NCBI GenBank assembly: GCA_937872225.1
Contig: CALMRZ010000033.1
Location: forward strand, 16,315 to 80,314
DNA length: 64,000 nucleotides
Reading direction: 5' to 3'
Source: an uncultured Spirochaetota bacterium
GTDB lineage: Bacteria > Spirochaetota > UBA4802 > UBA5550
This document shows, one piece after another, positions 29,802-39,042 of this stretch (its first letter is position 1; each line of letters begins with the position of its first letter). The notes under the pieces are model-generated. The model did no database searches. It saw nothing but the letters and a program-made list of their open reading frames with translations, and was not told the origin of the DNA. The translations under genes and the position numbers were made by a program.

Positions 29802-30386
29802 TCACCGCTCCTTGAATATGCCGAGGGCCACCGTTTCCATGGTCTCGGCGAACATGCGCCGCATGGATTTCCCTCCCTGCGCGATATAGGTCCGGATCAC
29901 CAGCATTTTATAGATTGAAAAGAGCACTTCCGGCAGCGTCTTCAGGTTGACCTTCCGGAAGACTCCCTTTTCCATTCCCTGTTTTAAAATAGTGCGTATC
30001 ATGGCCACGGAGTTCCTGTTGATGACCTCGTAGGGGTCATGAACCGGAAACATGGGGAAGATGTCCGGGTCGCGGACGAGGACGCGGCGGAGGTCATTGT
30101 CCTGCGAAAGGTATTCCAGGGCCTTTTCTCCCATGACCAGGAACTTTTTTTTGACATCGTTCTCGGCATCGATGGCCCGACGCACCAGTCCCTGCCATCG
30201 CAGCAGGGCATGACGGACCGATTTTTCATACAGTTCCTGCTTGTCTTTGACGTAGAGGTAGAGGTTCCCCTTGGTCATGCCCAGTTCGGCGGCGATCTCT
30301 TCCACGGTGGCCTTCTTGAAGCCGTATTCGGCGAAGACCTTCATGGCCGCGCCGTAGATAGCCTCGACATTCTCCCTCTTTCTCAT
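29802..30386 (-). CDS. TetR-family transcriptional regulator.
   Basis: N-terminal HTH AAMKVFAEYGFKKATVEEIAAELGMTKGNLYLYVKDKQELY. Confidence 0.9.
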   Translation of the reverse strand: MRKRENVEAIYGAAMKVFAEYGFKKATVEEIAAELGMTKGNLYLYVKDKQELYEKSVRHALLRWQGLVRRAIDAENDVKKKFLVMGEKALEYLSQDNDLRRVLVRDPDIFPMFPVHDPYEVINRNSVAMIRTILKQGMEKGVFRKVNLKTLPEVLFSIYKMLVIRTYIAQGGKSMRRMFAETMETVALGIFKER

Positions 30387-30401
30387 GGACCGCGCCCCTT
30401 T

Positions 30402-30438
30402 AATGAATAAATGAATATTTATTTCATTTGTTCATTTA
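30402..30438. promoter_or_regulatory. Candidate TetR operator/promoter region: tandem atgaata repeats facing tandem ttcattt repeats (two overlapping palindromic sites), immediately upstream of the TetR gene.
   Basis: aatgaataaatgaatatttatttcatttgttcattt read directly; position relative to the TetR start at 30386. Confidence 0.4.
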
Positions 30439-30489
30439 TAGAACACGGGTATATTTTGTCAAGAGATTAATGCGGAATGTGATGGAGCG

Positions 30490-31146
30490 CTATTTCCCCT
30501 CGGCCTTCTGTTTGATTCCCTTCATGTAGCCGTCCAGGCCCTGCTTGGCCAGGAGCCTCTCGATCCATTCCGGGACCCCCTTGGCTTCGATGATGGGAGC
30601 ATAATAATAGAGGGTGCGCATGCCGTTGCCGTAGGGCTCGATATACTCGAAGCCCTCGACATTCTTGATGTTCCAGGCGGGGTCCTTGAGGGATATTCCC
30701 TTTTCTTTATATGCCTTGATTTCCCCGGGGCTGATAAAACTCCATTCCTGGGTATACCTGACGCGGTCAAACCTGACCCTGAGGGTGTAGAGTATCTTTA
30801 TCAGGCCGGCCTTCACAACCCCCTCGATGAGGAAATCGTCCTTATTAATCCGGTGAACTACCTTGTAATATTCGAGTCCGGGCACAAAGGCAGGCATTGC
30901 CTCCCAGTCCTCCAGGACCTTCCACACCTTCGAGGGCGGCGCATCGATGACAACGACGCCGATAACGCGCTTTTTCACCAGGCCTTCCGCGGTTTTGAGC
31001 GGTATTATGAAGGTCTGCAACTCGCCTTTATCGAGCTTGGCCTTGTCGACATTGACCGACAGCTTCTGGACTTCGGCATCGGCCAGGGATAGAAAAAAAC
31101 AGATGAAAAAAGTCATGGATAGTTTTATGCGAAACATAATCAACAC
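30490..31146 (-). CDS. Secreted SRPBCC/START-like (polyketide cyclase/lipid-binding fold) protein.
   Basis: N-terminal signal peptide; ~200 aa with an SRPBCC-like pattern; weak family assignment. Confidence 0.5.
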   Translation of the reverse strand: MLIMFRIKLSMTFFICFFLSLADAEVQKLSVNVDKAKLDKGELQTFIIPLKTAEGLVKKRVIGVVVIDAPPSKVWKVLEDWEAMPAFVPGLEYYKVVHRINKDDFLIEGVVKAGLIKILYTLRVRFDRVRYTQEWSFISPGEIKAYKEKGISLKDPAWNIKNVEGFEYIEPYGNGMRTLYYYAPIIEAKGVPEWIERLLAKQGLDGYMKGIKQKAEGK

Positions 31147-31541
31147 CTCATCAGGGGTTTTTCTTCAGATGTGATAATCATGCACCATATATCATAATAT
31201 TCAAGGAATTTTGAAGATGAATATTTTCTCACCTCATCATCCGGCACACCTGCATTGGTACGTTGTGCATGTTGACATAACAAATTCCGATACGAATTTT
31301 TTACCGCCAGAGATATGCACCGGTTTGTGCATCTAATGATATCAAAATAGGGATGCATATGATTTATTGGATACATAAGAAAAGATAAAATTTTCATTCT
31401 ATTCAAAATAACATTATGAAAATTTAGGCATCCGGCCACAACCATGGCCATTATGAATATGATAATGCAGGAAATAAAAAGGCTTTTATAAATCCGGTTG
31501 CAAAAACAAAGATACTTATTACCGATCATAGTTATAAACCC

Positions 31542-31573
31542 AGGGGGCGCGCCGCGGCGCGCCCCCTGGGAGA
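31542..31573. terminator. Perfect 32-nt GC-rich palindrome (cccagggggcgcgccg|cggcgcgccccctggg) 24 nt downstream of the lipoprotein gene stop, followed by a T-rich tract on both sides; intrinsic terminator.
   Basis: Exact inverted repeat read from the sequence, with tttata on the minus strand and attttattttt on the plus strand. Confidence 0.6.
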
Positions 31574-31596
31574 AGTATCAAAATTTTATTTTTCAG

Positions 31597-33537
31597 TTAA
31601 TCAGCCGGAACATAACTGTAGGGTATAGTTGTCTCTGTTGTTCCGCCATCCTGACTTACGGTGTAGATCCCGCTTGTAACAACCGCATTTGAGATGCCAA
31701 GATTGAATTTTACATATCCGTTATAAACACCAGTGGCATTTATCTGTCCTGTTACTGTTCCTGTTTTACTGCCCAAAGGATTATTTATACTTGTCAATTG
31801 GCTCCCATTCAGTTTCAAAAATATATCACAATAGTTGGTAAATGTTATCGATACTGTTGCACTTGATAACGAACCAGTGATATTTACCACGCAGGTGCCA
31901 CTGATCGCACCATTTATGTTATCAGTCCCCGTTGATTGGCTTGCCAATTTTGGCGATTTATTCAACGCAGACTCTTCTTCCTTGTAAACCAGATCAAAAA
32001 ACTCCTGGTTTGTCACAGCCCTATACCCGGCATCCTTTTCGCTGCTTCCGCCTTCACCATAGGTATTAAATGGAGATACCTTGTATGAGAAAACGCCCGG
32101 ACCCACCGTTGTATCAGTATAGGACGTGCCGGAAATGTTCCCGCCCACCTGGGTCATTTGGCCTGTGCTGTCGATCCGGTATACCTTGTAATAGGTCGCG
32201 TTTGCCGCCGCGCCCCAGGTCACGGTTACGCCGCCGGCCAGGCCGTCTGATGCCGAACAACTGGGAACCTTGGACGGCACGTTGTCGTTGGCCTTGGTGA
32301 AGCCCTCCTCCACCGGGCTCATGGTGCTCTCCTTGCCGTCCTTGTCAACTGCGGTGACCACGTAGTAATAATGGGAGCCTTCAGTTACATCGACATCGAC
32401 ATAGTAGTATGATACGGCAGCGCTGGTGGTAAAAGACCAGACATAATTCGAGGCAAGGTGATTCCCCGAAAGGTCCGTTACACCGGCGGTGATGGTTGCC
32501 GTGTACTGGGTATTGGGGACCAATTCGTTCGACGGCGTGAATATGCCGTTATTGGATACGGTCCCTTCCACCGGAGAACCCCCGGCAGTCAGGGTGAAGG
32601 TCGACTCGTTCAAGGTGGTCTGGGTTATGGGTTCGCTGAAGGCCACGGAGAGCTTCGCGTTTAAGGCTATGTCCGTAGCGCCGCTGGCCGGGCTTGTCAG
32701 CATCACGGTTGGAGGGGTGATGTCGTTGCAGGCAATCATGACCCTTTGAACATTGATGACCGTATTATTATTTGAACTTTGGTCAAAAAAATCCAGCCCA
32801 GGCCAAAGAAGCTCGCCGAGCAGATTATAATGGTTTGTCAGGCGGATTGAATTGGAACTGACGATCTTGATATACTTTTTATTATTGACCGTAACTGGAT
32901 AGCAGCGCGCATTGCTACCCAAAAATGCGTTCATTTTCTGTACAATCTTGTCCTGGGTCCACCACGTTCCGAAACACATCCTGGACCAGTTCCAAGTATC
33001 CATATCGCCTTTAAATAAAACAGAGCCAAGATTTACTCCGCCGATCTCTATGCCGATATCATAGTGCTCAGTGACTTCTGGAACTCCGGCCGGAAGAAAA
33101 ATTCCGTCACCGATGTCCCGCACGGACTGGTAGACGGCCTGATAGACCGGCACGTCGCAGGTGCCGCCGGTGGCGGTTGTGGCGACCGTGGCTGGGGTCA
33201 GGCTGGAGACCGTGTTGGTATCAACATTGACCAGGGTCGATGCCGCAACTGAACCGATCTTTGTCGTAAATGGGCCTGCTTCACTGTCGGCGCGGTATAT
33301 ATTGTAGCTGACGGCATTACTGACAGTGGCCCAGTTGATGCCCACCTTGGTCCGGTAGTTGCCGTCAGTGGCGGCAACCGAAGTGGGCCCGTTGAAAACG
33401 GTTTCTCCTCCGCCATTATCTACGCCGTCATCTTCACTCTCAAAGGTGAGAAACCTTTTTTTGGGATCTTGACTGCAGGCCGTCATAACGGCGATACAGC
33501 TGATGATTAATAATAATACCAGGAAAAATCTTTTCAT
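31597..33537 (-). CDS. Large surface lipoprotein with bacterial Ig-like (Big_5/SbsA-like) and fibronectin-III-like repeats. Lower GC than its neighbours and flanked by AT-rich DNA.
   Basis: Lipobox MKRFFLVLLLIISCIAVMTAC; the Ig-like segment PPTVMLTSPASGATDIALNAKLSVAFSEPI...TFTL; Thr/Ser/Gly-rich. Confidence 0.65.
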   Translation of the reverse strand: MKRFFLVLLLIISCIAVMTACSQDPKKRFLTFESEDDGVDNGGGETVFNGPTSVAATDGNYRTKVGINWATVSNAVSYNIYRADSEAGPFTTKIGSVAASTLVNVDTNTVSSLTPATVATTATGGTCDVPVYQAVYQSVRDIGDGIFLPAGVPEVTEHYDIGIEIGGVNLGSVLFKGDMDTWNWSRMCFGTWWTQDKIVQKMNAFLGSNARCYPVTVNNKKYIKIVSSNSIRLTNHYNLLGELLWPGLDFFDQSSNNNTVINVQRVMIACNDITPPTVMLTSPASGATDIALNAKLSVAFSEPITQTTLNESTFTLTAGGSPVEGTVSNNGIFTPSNELVPNTQYTATITAGVTDLSGNHLASNYVWSFTTSAAVSYYYVDVDVTEGSHYYYVVTAVDKDGKESTMSPVEEGFTKANDNVPSKVPSCSASDGLAGGVTVTWGAAANATYYKVYRIDSTGQMTQVGGNISGTSYTDTTVGPGVFSYKVSPFNTYGEGGSSEKDAGYRAVTNQEFFDLVYKEEESALNKSPKLASQSTGTDNINGAISGTCVVNITGSLSSATVSITFTNYCDIFLKLNGSQLTSINNPLGSKTGTVTGQINATGVYNGYVKFNLGISNAVVTSGIYTVSQDGGTTETTIPYSYVPAD

Positions 33538-33919
33538 ACATCCCTCAACAAATAAGTTATCATTGCGCTTGATTCAGCTTAACAGATGCGCCCGATGTAA
33601 GGCCCTCGCTCCAGGATATCCGGTAGAAAAATAAGAGTAATTGCGGGATTAACCTTCACTATCCTCATCCCCTCAAGGTTTTTAAAGTACTTCCCCCCGG
33701 AAGCCCTATAAAAACCTTCTAAAAAAAGTAAATAATCCCGCAAAAACTCAATACTATTTTTATGTTTTACGATCAGTAATGGTATAATGGATATACTATT
33801 TTAAATTATTAATCTAGCCATAATCTGATACGTCAAAAAGTGTCCATCAAAAACATGCCGGTTCAAGGCTTGAAATTATACAATATTTAATTATTGTATA
33901 TTTAAGAAATAAATCTATA

Positions 33920-34642
33920 TTAATTATCACCTTTAAAGGCGATATGGATAGCCGCCACTCCTCCCAGGAGCGGACGATACTCGACGCGGCTGAATCCAGC
34001 GGAGCGGAGCAGGTCCGCCAGCTCCTCCGGGCCATGGAAATTTACCGCAGAATGGGCCAGGTACTGATAGGCGCCCCCCTGGCCGGACACGATTCCGCCG
34101 ATGAAGGAAACCCCGACCCTGGTATACAGGTGGACCAGGGCCCGGAAAAGCTTCGAACGAGGCTGGCTGCTTTCAACGATGACGAACCTGCCACCCGGCG
34201 CCAGCACCCTGAGTATTTCCGCCAGGTACCGGTCGCGGCCCGGATTACGGTAGGTAAGGTTGCGAAAACCGAAGGCGATGCCGATAACGTTGAAGATCCC
34301 GTCCCTGAAGGGGAGCTCTCCCGCGTCACCGGCTGAGAATGCCACGGCGGCCCGGGCCTTAGCCGCCTTGGCCCGGGCGAACTCCAGCATCGGGATGCTG
34401 AAATCAACGCCGAAGACGCTCGCCTTCGTTCCCGCAGACAACGCGATCCGCACCGCCAGGTCTCCGGTGCCGGTGCAGAGGTCCAGGATGCGCGCGGCGC
34501 CGGCCGAGAGGCATTCCTCCGCCGCTCGCCTGCGCCACCGCTCGTCAAGGCGCAGGGTAAAAAGCCGGTTGATCAGGTCATAGCGGCGCGGCACCTCCGA
34601 AAACATCTTCTGCAGGGGCCTGCTTTTGCTGCCGGTGCTCAA
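33920..34642 (-). CDS. ubiE: UbiE/MenG-family C-methyltransferase (demethylmenaquinone/ubiquinone biosynthesis).
   Basis: F.EV..RYDL.N...T..LDERWRR plus SAM motif ILDLCTGTGDL. Confidence 0.75.
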   Translation of the reverse strand: MSTGSKSRPLQKMFSEVPRRYDLINRLFTLRLDERWRRRAAEECLSAGAARILDLCTGTGDLAVRIALSAGTKASVFGVDFSIPMLEFARAKAAKARAAVAFSAGDAGELPFRDGIFNVIGIAFGFRNLTYRNPGRDRYLAEILRVLAPGGRFVIVESSQPRSKLFRALVHLYTRVGVSFIGGIVSGQGGAYQYLAHSAVNFHGPEELADLLRSAGFSRVEYRPLLGGVAAIHIAFKGDN

Positions 34643-34720
34643 TGGTCTCCTCCGGCTGAATGCATCAGCCTTTAATTCGTTTAAATATTCCTGAACACTA
34701 TCCTGCCAGATAAAAAATTA

Positions 34721-36091
34721 TCATGATGGTTGCAATAACTTTTTTAACCGCGCGGTCCGGCGGATGAGCTCCGTGTAAAAGGAAATGACCTCGGCGAAAT
34801 TATCGACACTGATGCGCTCGTTGACGCCGTGGACCCGGGCCATGTCCCCGCTGCCGATCCGGGCGGGGGAGAAGCGGAACACCTGCCTGCTCACCGGCGC
34901 AAAATGCCGTGAATCGGTGGCCCCCACCATGAGAAAGGGCGTTACCGCCGTGCCGGGGAAGACCGCCATGATGGTCTCCTTCAGGGCCGCGTATTCCGGC
35001 GAGTCCGTCCCAGAAACCGGGGACGGGTCGCTTGAATTTTTCCGCGCTGCAATGGCGATCCCGGGATCATTGATGACTTTTTTCACCCGGTCGATGACGC
35101 TCTCCCTCGTTTCGCCCTGGAGAATTCTCAGGTTGACCACGGCCCTGACCAGATTGGGCATCACGTTCTCCTTCCCGCTCCCTTCCAGCATGGTGGGGGC
35201 GATGGTGGTCCGTATCATAGCGTCAGACTGCGGCGATGCGGCAAGCTCCCGCTTCATGAAGGGCCAGAGAAAACGGAGCCCGGTGTATGCGATTTTATAC
35301 GGATAGGCGGCTTCCGCCCCCAGGCATGTGAACATGGCTTCCACCGGGGAGGTGAGGCGCGCGGCAAAGGGATTCCTCTCGAGCCGGCACAGGGCGGCGG
35401 CGATCCTGCCCGCCGCGGTGCGACGGCGCGGCGTGGACGAATGCCCCCCGGCATCGCGGGCCGACAGTTCCAGGCTCAGGTACCCCTTCTCCGCAATCCC
35501 CACCAGGGCAACGGTTTTGACGACACCGGGCATGATGTTGTCACGGATGAAACCGCCCTCGTCAAGGGTATAGGCAAGCCTGACACCCCGGCTGCCTAAG
35601 ATCCTGCTGATTTCCGCCGCGCCCTCGTTGCCGAGGACCTCCTCGTCGTGGCCGAAGGCGAGATACACGGTCCGTCCGGGTCTGAAGCCGGATCCGACCA
35701 GTCTCTCCACCGCTTCCATGATGCCGATGACCCCGTTCTTGACGTCCAGGGCGCCGCGGCCCCACACGAAGCCGTCGGCAATATCGCCGGAAAAGGGAGG
35801 GTGGGTCCAGGCCTCTTCCGTGGTGCGCTCCACCGGCACCACATCAAGGTGCGACATGAGGAGGACCGGCTCCGCCGCCGGGTCCCCGCCCTTCCAGGTA
35901 TAGAGAAGGCTCAGGCCGTTGACGGTTTCGCGCTCCATGACCCGGTGCGCCTTCGGATAGATCTTTTTCAGATACTCGTGCAGCCCGAGGAAGGTCTTCC
36001 GGTCGATTTTCCCATGGTCCTGGTGCGATATGGTCTTGAATTGTATGGCACCGGCAAGATGTTCCGCTGAACGGTCGATGTCAATCTTCAT
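34721..36091 (-). CDS. M20-family metallopeptidase (ArgE/DapE/carboxypeptidase G2-like).
   Basis: MSHLDVVP, GRGALDVKNG and HDEE metal-binding motifs. Confidence 0.8.
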   Translation of the reverse strand: MKIDIDRSAEHLAGAIQFKTISHQDHGKIDRKTFLGLHEYLKKIYPKAHRVMERETVNGLSLLYTWKGGDPAAEPVLLMSHLDVVPVERTTEEAWTHPPFSGDIADGFVWGRGALDVKNGVIGIMEAVERLVGSGFRPGRTVYLAFGHDEEVLGNEGAAEISRILGSRGVRLAYTLDEGGFIRDNIMPGVVKTVALVGIAEKGYLSLELSARDAGGHSSTPRRRTAAGRIAAALCRLERNPFAARLTSPVEAMFTCLGAEAAYPYKIAYTGLRFLWPFMKRELAASPQSDAMIRTTIAPTMLEGSGKENVMPNLVRAVVNLRILQGETRESVIDRVKKVINDPGIAIAARKNSSDPSPVSGTDSPEYAALKETIMAVFPGTAVTPFLMVGATDSRHFAPVSRQVFRFSPARIGSGDMARVHGVNERISVDNFAEVISFYTELIRRTARLKKLLQPS

Positions 36092-36207
36092 GGGACCTCC
36101 GGTGCCGCCGTGACACGCGATTTTTGTTTCGCAACAATAAATATGGTTGATTTTGCGGTTAATGCCTTTATCGTCGGCGCACTATCGGCGGTGCGCCAAC
36201 CAAACTC

Positions 36208-36426
36208 ATGGAGATGAATTGTATGATTAAATTTCTGCTCTGGCTCCTTCTCCTGGTCTTCTGCTGGCCCCTGGCCATAATCGCCCTCATCCTGTATCCG
36301 GTGGCGTGGCTCCTGCTTCTTCCCTTCAGGATCCTCGGCATAGCGGTCGACGGAGTTCTTGGCCTGTTGAAATCCCTATTGATGCTTCCGGCGCGGATAC
36401 TGCGCGGCCCGGGTAAATTTCAATGA
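36208..36426 (+). CDS. Small hydrophobic membrane protein (2 TM), function unknown.
   Basis: 72-aa ORF that is almost entirely hydrophobic (LLWLLLLVFCWPLAIIALILYPVAWLLLLPF). Confidence 0.4.
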   Translation: MEMNCMIKFLLWLLLLVFCWPLAIIALILYPVAWLLLLPFRILGIAVDGVLGLLKSLLMLPARILRGPGKFQ

Positions 36427-36450
36427 CCCGATCCCGCGCGGGGCGGCTTA

Positions 36451-36930
36451 TCAGGCCCTGAAGGCTTCCTTGAAATTTCCTATCTGTTCAGTTTTGATCT
36501 GAAGCCACCGGGGCACATCGGGGCCCGCGGACGCCGATGGCTCGATCCTCACAATATTGTCAGCGGGGTACGTTATGCTACCAGGATCGGCAGTGAAGGA
36601 GACATACCCCTTCTTGCCGTGTCCCTTTGCCCCGGAAGACTTCGTTGCCTTTTCATCGTAGTAAATCACATACTTGAGGAGGTGCTTCCTTTTTCCGCCG
36701 AGGCCGATGATGATCCGTTTATTCGTGGCCCTGACGAAGATGTCTCCCAGCGGCTCCGGCACCGATCCCTCCGGCAGTTCGATACTGCACTTATCGTCAT
36801 CAAAGACCATCTTTTCCCCGTAATGCAGGCCGAGATCTTCAACCGTGGGCTTTTTGAACCATTTAAAGAATACAAAGGCAGCCGCGATGATCACCACGAC
36901 GACAAGCAACAGCAAACAAAAAACTTCCAT
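36451..36930 (-). CDS. Membrane-anchored hypothetical protein (N-terminal TM, Lys-rich C-terminal domain). The start is taken at ATG 36930, which has an AGGAGG RBS, rather than the track's 36981.
   Basis: MEVFCLLLLVVVVIIAAAFVFF TM; RBS. Confidence 0.5.
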   Translation of the reverse strand: MEVFCLLLLVVVVIIAAAFVFFKWFKKPTVEDLGLHYGEKMVFDDDKCSIELPEGSVPEPLGDIFVRATNKRIIIGLGGKRKHLLKYVIYYDEKATKSSGAKGHGKKGYVSFTADPGSITYPADNIVRIEPSASAGPDVPRWLQIKTEQIGNFKEAFRA

Positions 36931-36991
36931 ACCAATCAATCCTCCTGAATGCTTTTTCAAGCCGGGGCGCCGCATCGGCATCGCCGGCGTA

Positions 36992-38338
36992 TTATTTCCC
37001 TTTTTCCATCTCTTTTATCTGGTCAAGGATCTCATTGTACCGTTTTTCATTGATGGGATAGAGGTAGAGAACCACGGCACCGGCAATGAAAATTACGGCA
37101 GTTATCGGTCCCACCAGGAGGCGGATACCCAGAAGCGCATCAGGGGTCTGCGTCGCCTCCGGAACATATCCGGCAATCGACAGGACCGCGCCGGTGATAG
37201 CCAGGGAAACGGCCTGACCTATCTTTATGCCGAAAGTCCAGACGCCGTAAAAGGCCCCCTCGGTCCGCTCGCCCGACAGCAGGTAATCATATTCAACCGC
37301 GTCGGGAACCATCGCCCAGGGCATGACGTAGGTAAAACCGAGGCCTATGCCGGCGGTGAACATCAGGGCTATGGAAAAAGTAACGGGGTAGAGGTGTCCC
37401 AGAAAAAACATGACCATGACATTGGCAGCGAAGACCAGCAGGCCCGCGCCGTACACGATCTTTTTCCCGAATTTTTTCGAGAGGATGACGCTTACCGGTA
37501 TGAACACAAAGGCGGTAATCAGGAGCACCAGCATTGCGGTGGTCGTCATTTGCTCGTCATGGTGGATATACTTGAAATAATAGGCGGCCACACTCATGAC
37601 GATGGTGAGTCCCGTCACGTGCAGGGCATAGGCGCCGAGGATGAGGAGGTAGGGCTTGTTCCTGAAGACCTTGCGGTAGGTCTCGAAGAATCCCCTGGTG
37701 AGCGGCTGACGCTCGGTTACCGGCTCCCTGACGGAAAAAAATGTTATGAGGGCCGTGATGAGCATGGCCGCTCCGAAAATTGTTCCCATGGCCGTAAACC
37801 CGGCGCTCTTCGTGCCGAACATCCCCACGATGGGGAGGGCCAGGCCGGCTCCCAGCAGGGTCCCCACAACGGCAAAACCGAAGCGGAACCCGTTGAGGCT
37901 GGTGCGCTCATGGTAATCCTGCGTCAGCTCCGGGGTGAGGGAATTGTACGGGATATTGACCGCCGTGTATGCCGTGTTGAGGAAGCAGAAGGCGAGGGTC
38001 CCCCACGCGAACAGTGATGCCTGGCTGCTCAAGTTGGGATTGGTAAACATGATCACCATTGACACGAAAAGTGGAAAAGATCCGAACAGCATCCATGGAC
38101 GACGCCTGCCCCACCGGGTTTTGGTCCGGTCGGACAGGAATCCCGCAAGGGGATCGGTGACGGCGTCCCAAATTTTGCCGATTGCCACCACAATGCCGGC
38201 AAGGCCCGCGGCGATTCCCACGGTATCGGTAAGGTATATCATGAGCCATAAGCCGATGGCGGTGAAGAACAGGTTCCCCCCCAAGTCGCAGACGCCGTAC
38301 CCGATTTTAGCCTTGATGGTCATCCCTGTTTTCACCAT
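36992..38338 (-). CDS. MFS transporter of the glycoside-pentoside-hexuronide (GPH):cation symporter family (MelB-like). The track start at 38413 is rejected.
   Basis: N-terminal GPH signature (KIGYG...YLTDTVGIAAGLAGIVVAIGKIWDAVTDPLAGFLSDRTKTRWGRRRPW) and 12 TM helices. Confidence 0.8.
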   Translation of the reverse strand: MVKTGMTIKAKIGYGVCDLGGNLFFTAIGLWLMIYLTDTVGIAAGLAGIVVAIGKIWDAVTDPLAGFLSDRTKTRWGRRRPWMLFGSFPLFVSMVIMFTNPNLSSQASLFAWGTLAFCFLNTAYTAVNIPYNSLTPELTQDYHERTSLNGFRFGFAVVGTLLGAGLALPIVGMFGTKSAGFTAMGTIFGAAMLITALITFFSVREPVTERQPLTRGFFETYRKVFRNKPYLLILGAYALHVTGLTIVMSVAAYYFKYIHHDEQMTTTAMLVLLITAFVFIPVSVILSKKFGKKIVYGAGLLVFAANVMVMFFLGHLYPVTFSIALMFTAGIGLGFTYVMPWAMVPDAVEYDYLLSGERTEGAFYGVWTFGIKIGQAVSLAITGAVLSIAGYVPEATQTPDALLGIRLLVGPITAVIFIAGAVVLYLYPINEKRYNEILDQIKEMEKGK

Positions 38339-38551
38339 AAAGATTCCCCCATCGGTTGATATCCCAGGATAAAAATGCAAAAACACAATATCATCCTTAT
38401 AATAAAATTGCAATACATTTAGGGATGGAAATGAAAATAATAGTTATTAATCCGACATGGCGCCGTATTTCGGACCTGATTAGAAGAAGGAATTTATTAA
38501 TAATTAATGTTCCCGTACGTATATCCTTATTAAAAGGGAGGCGCGATAAAT

Positions 38552-38986
38552 ATGGAAACAACCCTAAACATAGATGTCGCAACAATGAAAAAAATCACGC
38601 TGGCGGCAGAGGCAAAAAAGATATCCCGAGCCGAATTAATTATCATGCTCTTGAATCAAGTTATGGATAACACTAATAAACCCTACTTTCTGGGGAAGAT
38701 GGTCAGATACCAGGAAAGAAGGGTTCCCGATGAATGGCACAGGTTTCATATAGAGTTGCGGCCTGATGAGTATGAATTTTTTCTGGACCTCAGGAAGCTT
38801 CTTAAAATGTCTGTCTCTTTAATACTGGCATATGCAGTTGAAAAATACTTAAAATGTATATTAAGAAAAACTACCGATAACTATCTCCATAAAAATTATT
38901 TAATGATACGAGAATCGATTGATGGCATCAAATGTTGGAAACTCTATTGGGGCTACCCGCCCAGCATCAAAAAACATCTTACTTGA
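38552..38986 (+). CDS. Hypothetical protein with a possible ribbon-helix-helix (CopG/Arc-like) N-terminus, in an AT-rich stretch immediately upstream of the GH127-GH2 genes.
   Basis: Strong RBS AAGGGAGG; N-terminal ..KKITLAAEAKKISRAELIIMLL..; AT-rich codon usage unlike the flanking genes. Confidence 0.5.
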   Translation: METTLNIDVATMKKITLAAEAKKISRAELIIMLLNQVMDNTNKPYFLGKMVRYQERRVPDEWHRFHIELRPDEYEFFLDLRKLLKMSVSLILAYAVEKYLKCILRKTTDNYLHKNYLMIRESIDGIKCWKLYWGYPPSIKKHLT

Positions 38987-39042
38987 TTAAAATACTTGAA
39001 GATTTTCCCTCAATCTGTTTTCCTTATGCAAGGACATATCCT

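Noticed and set aside
31140-31529. 129-aa minus-strand ORF in AT-rich intergenic DNA
   Set aside because: Low-complexity hydrophobic and Cys-containing translation of AT-rich promoter DNA; no RBS.
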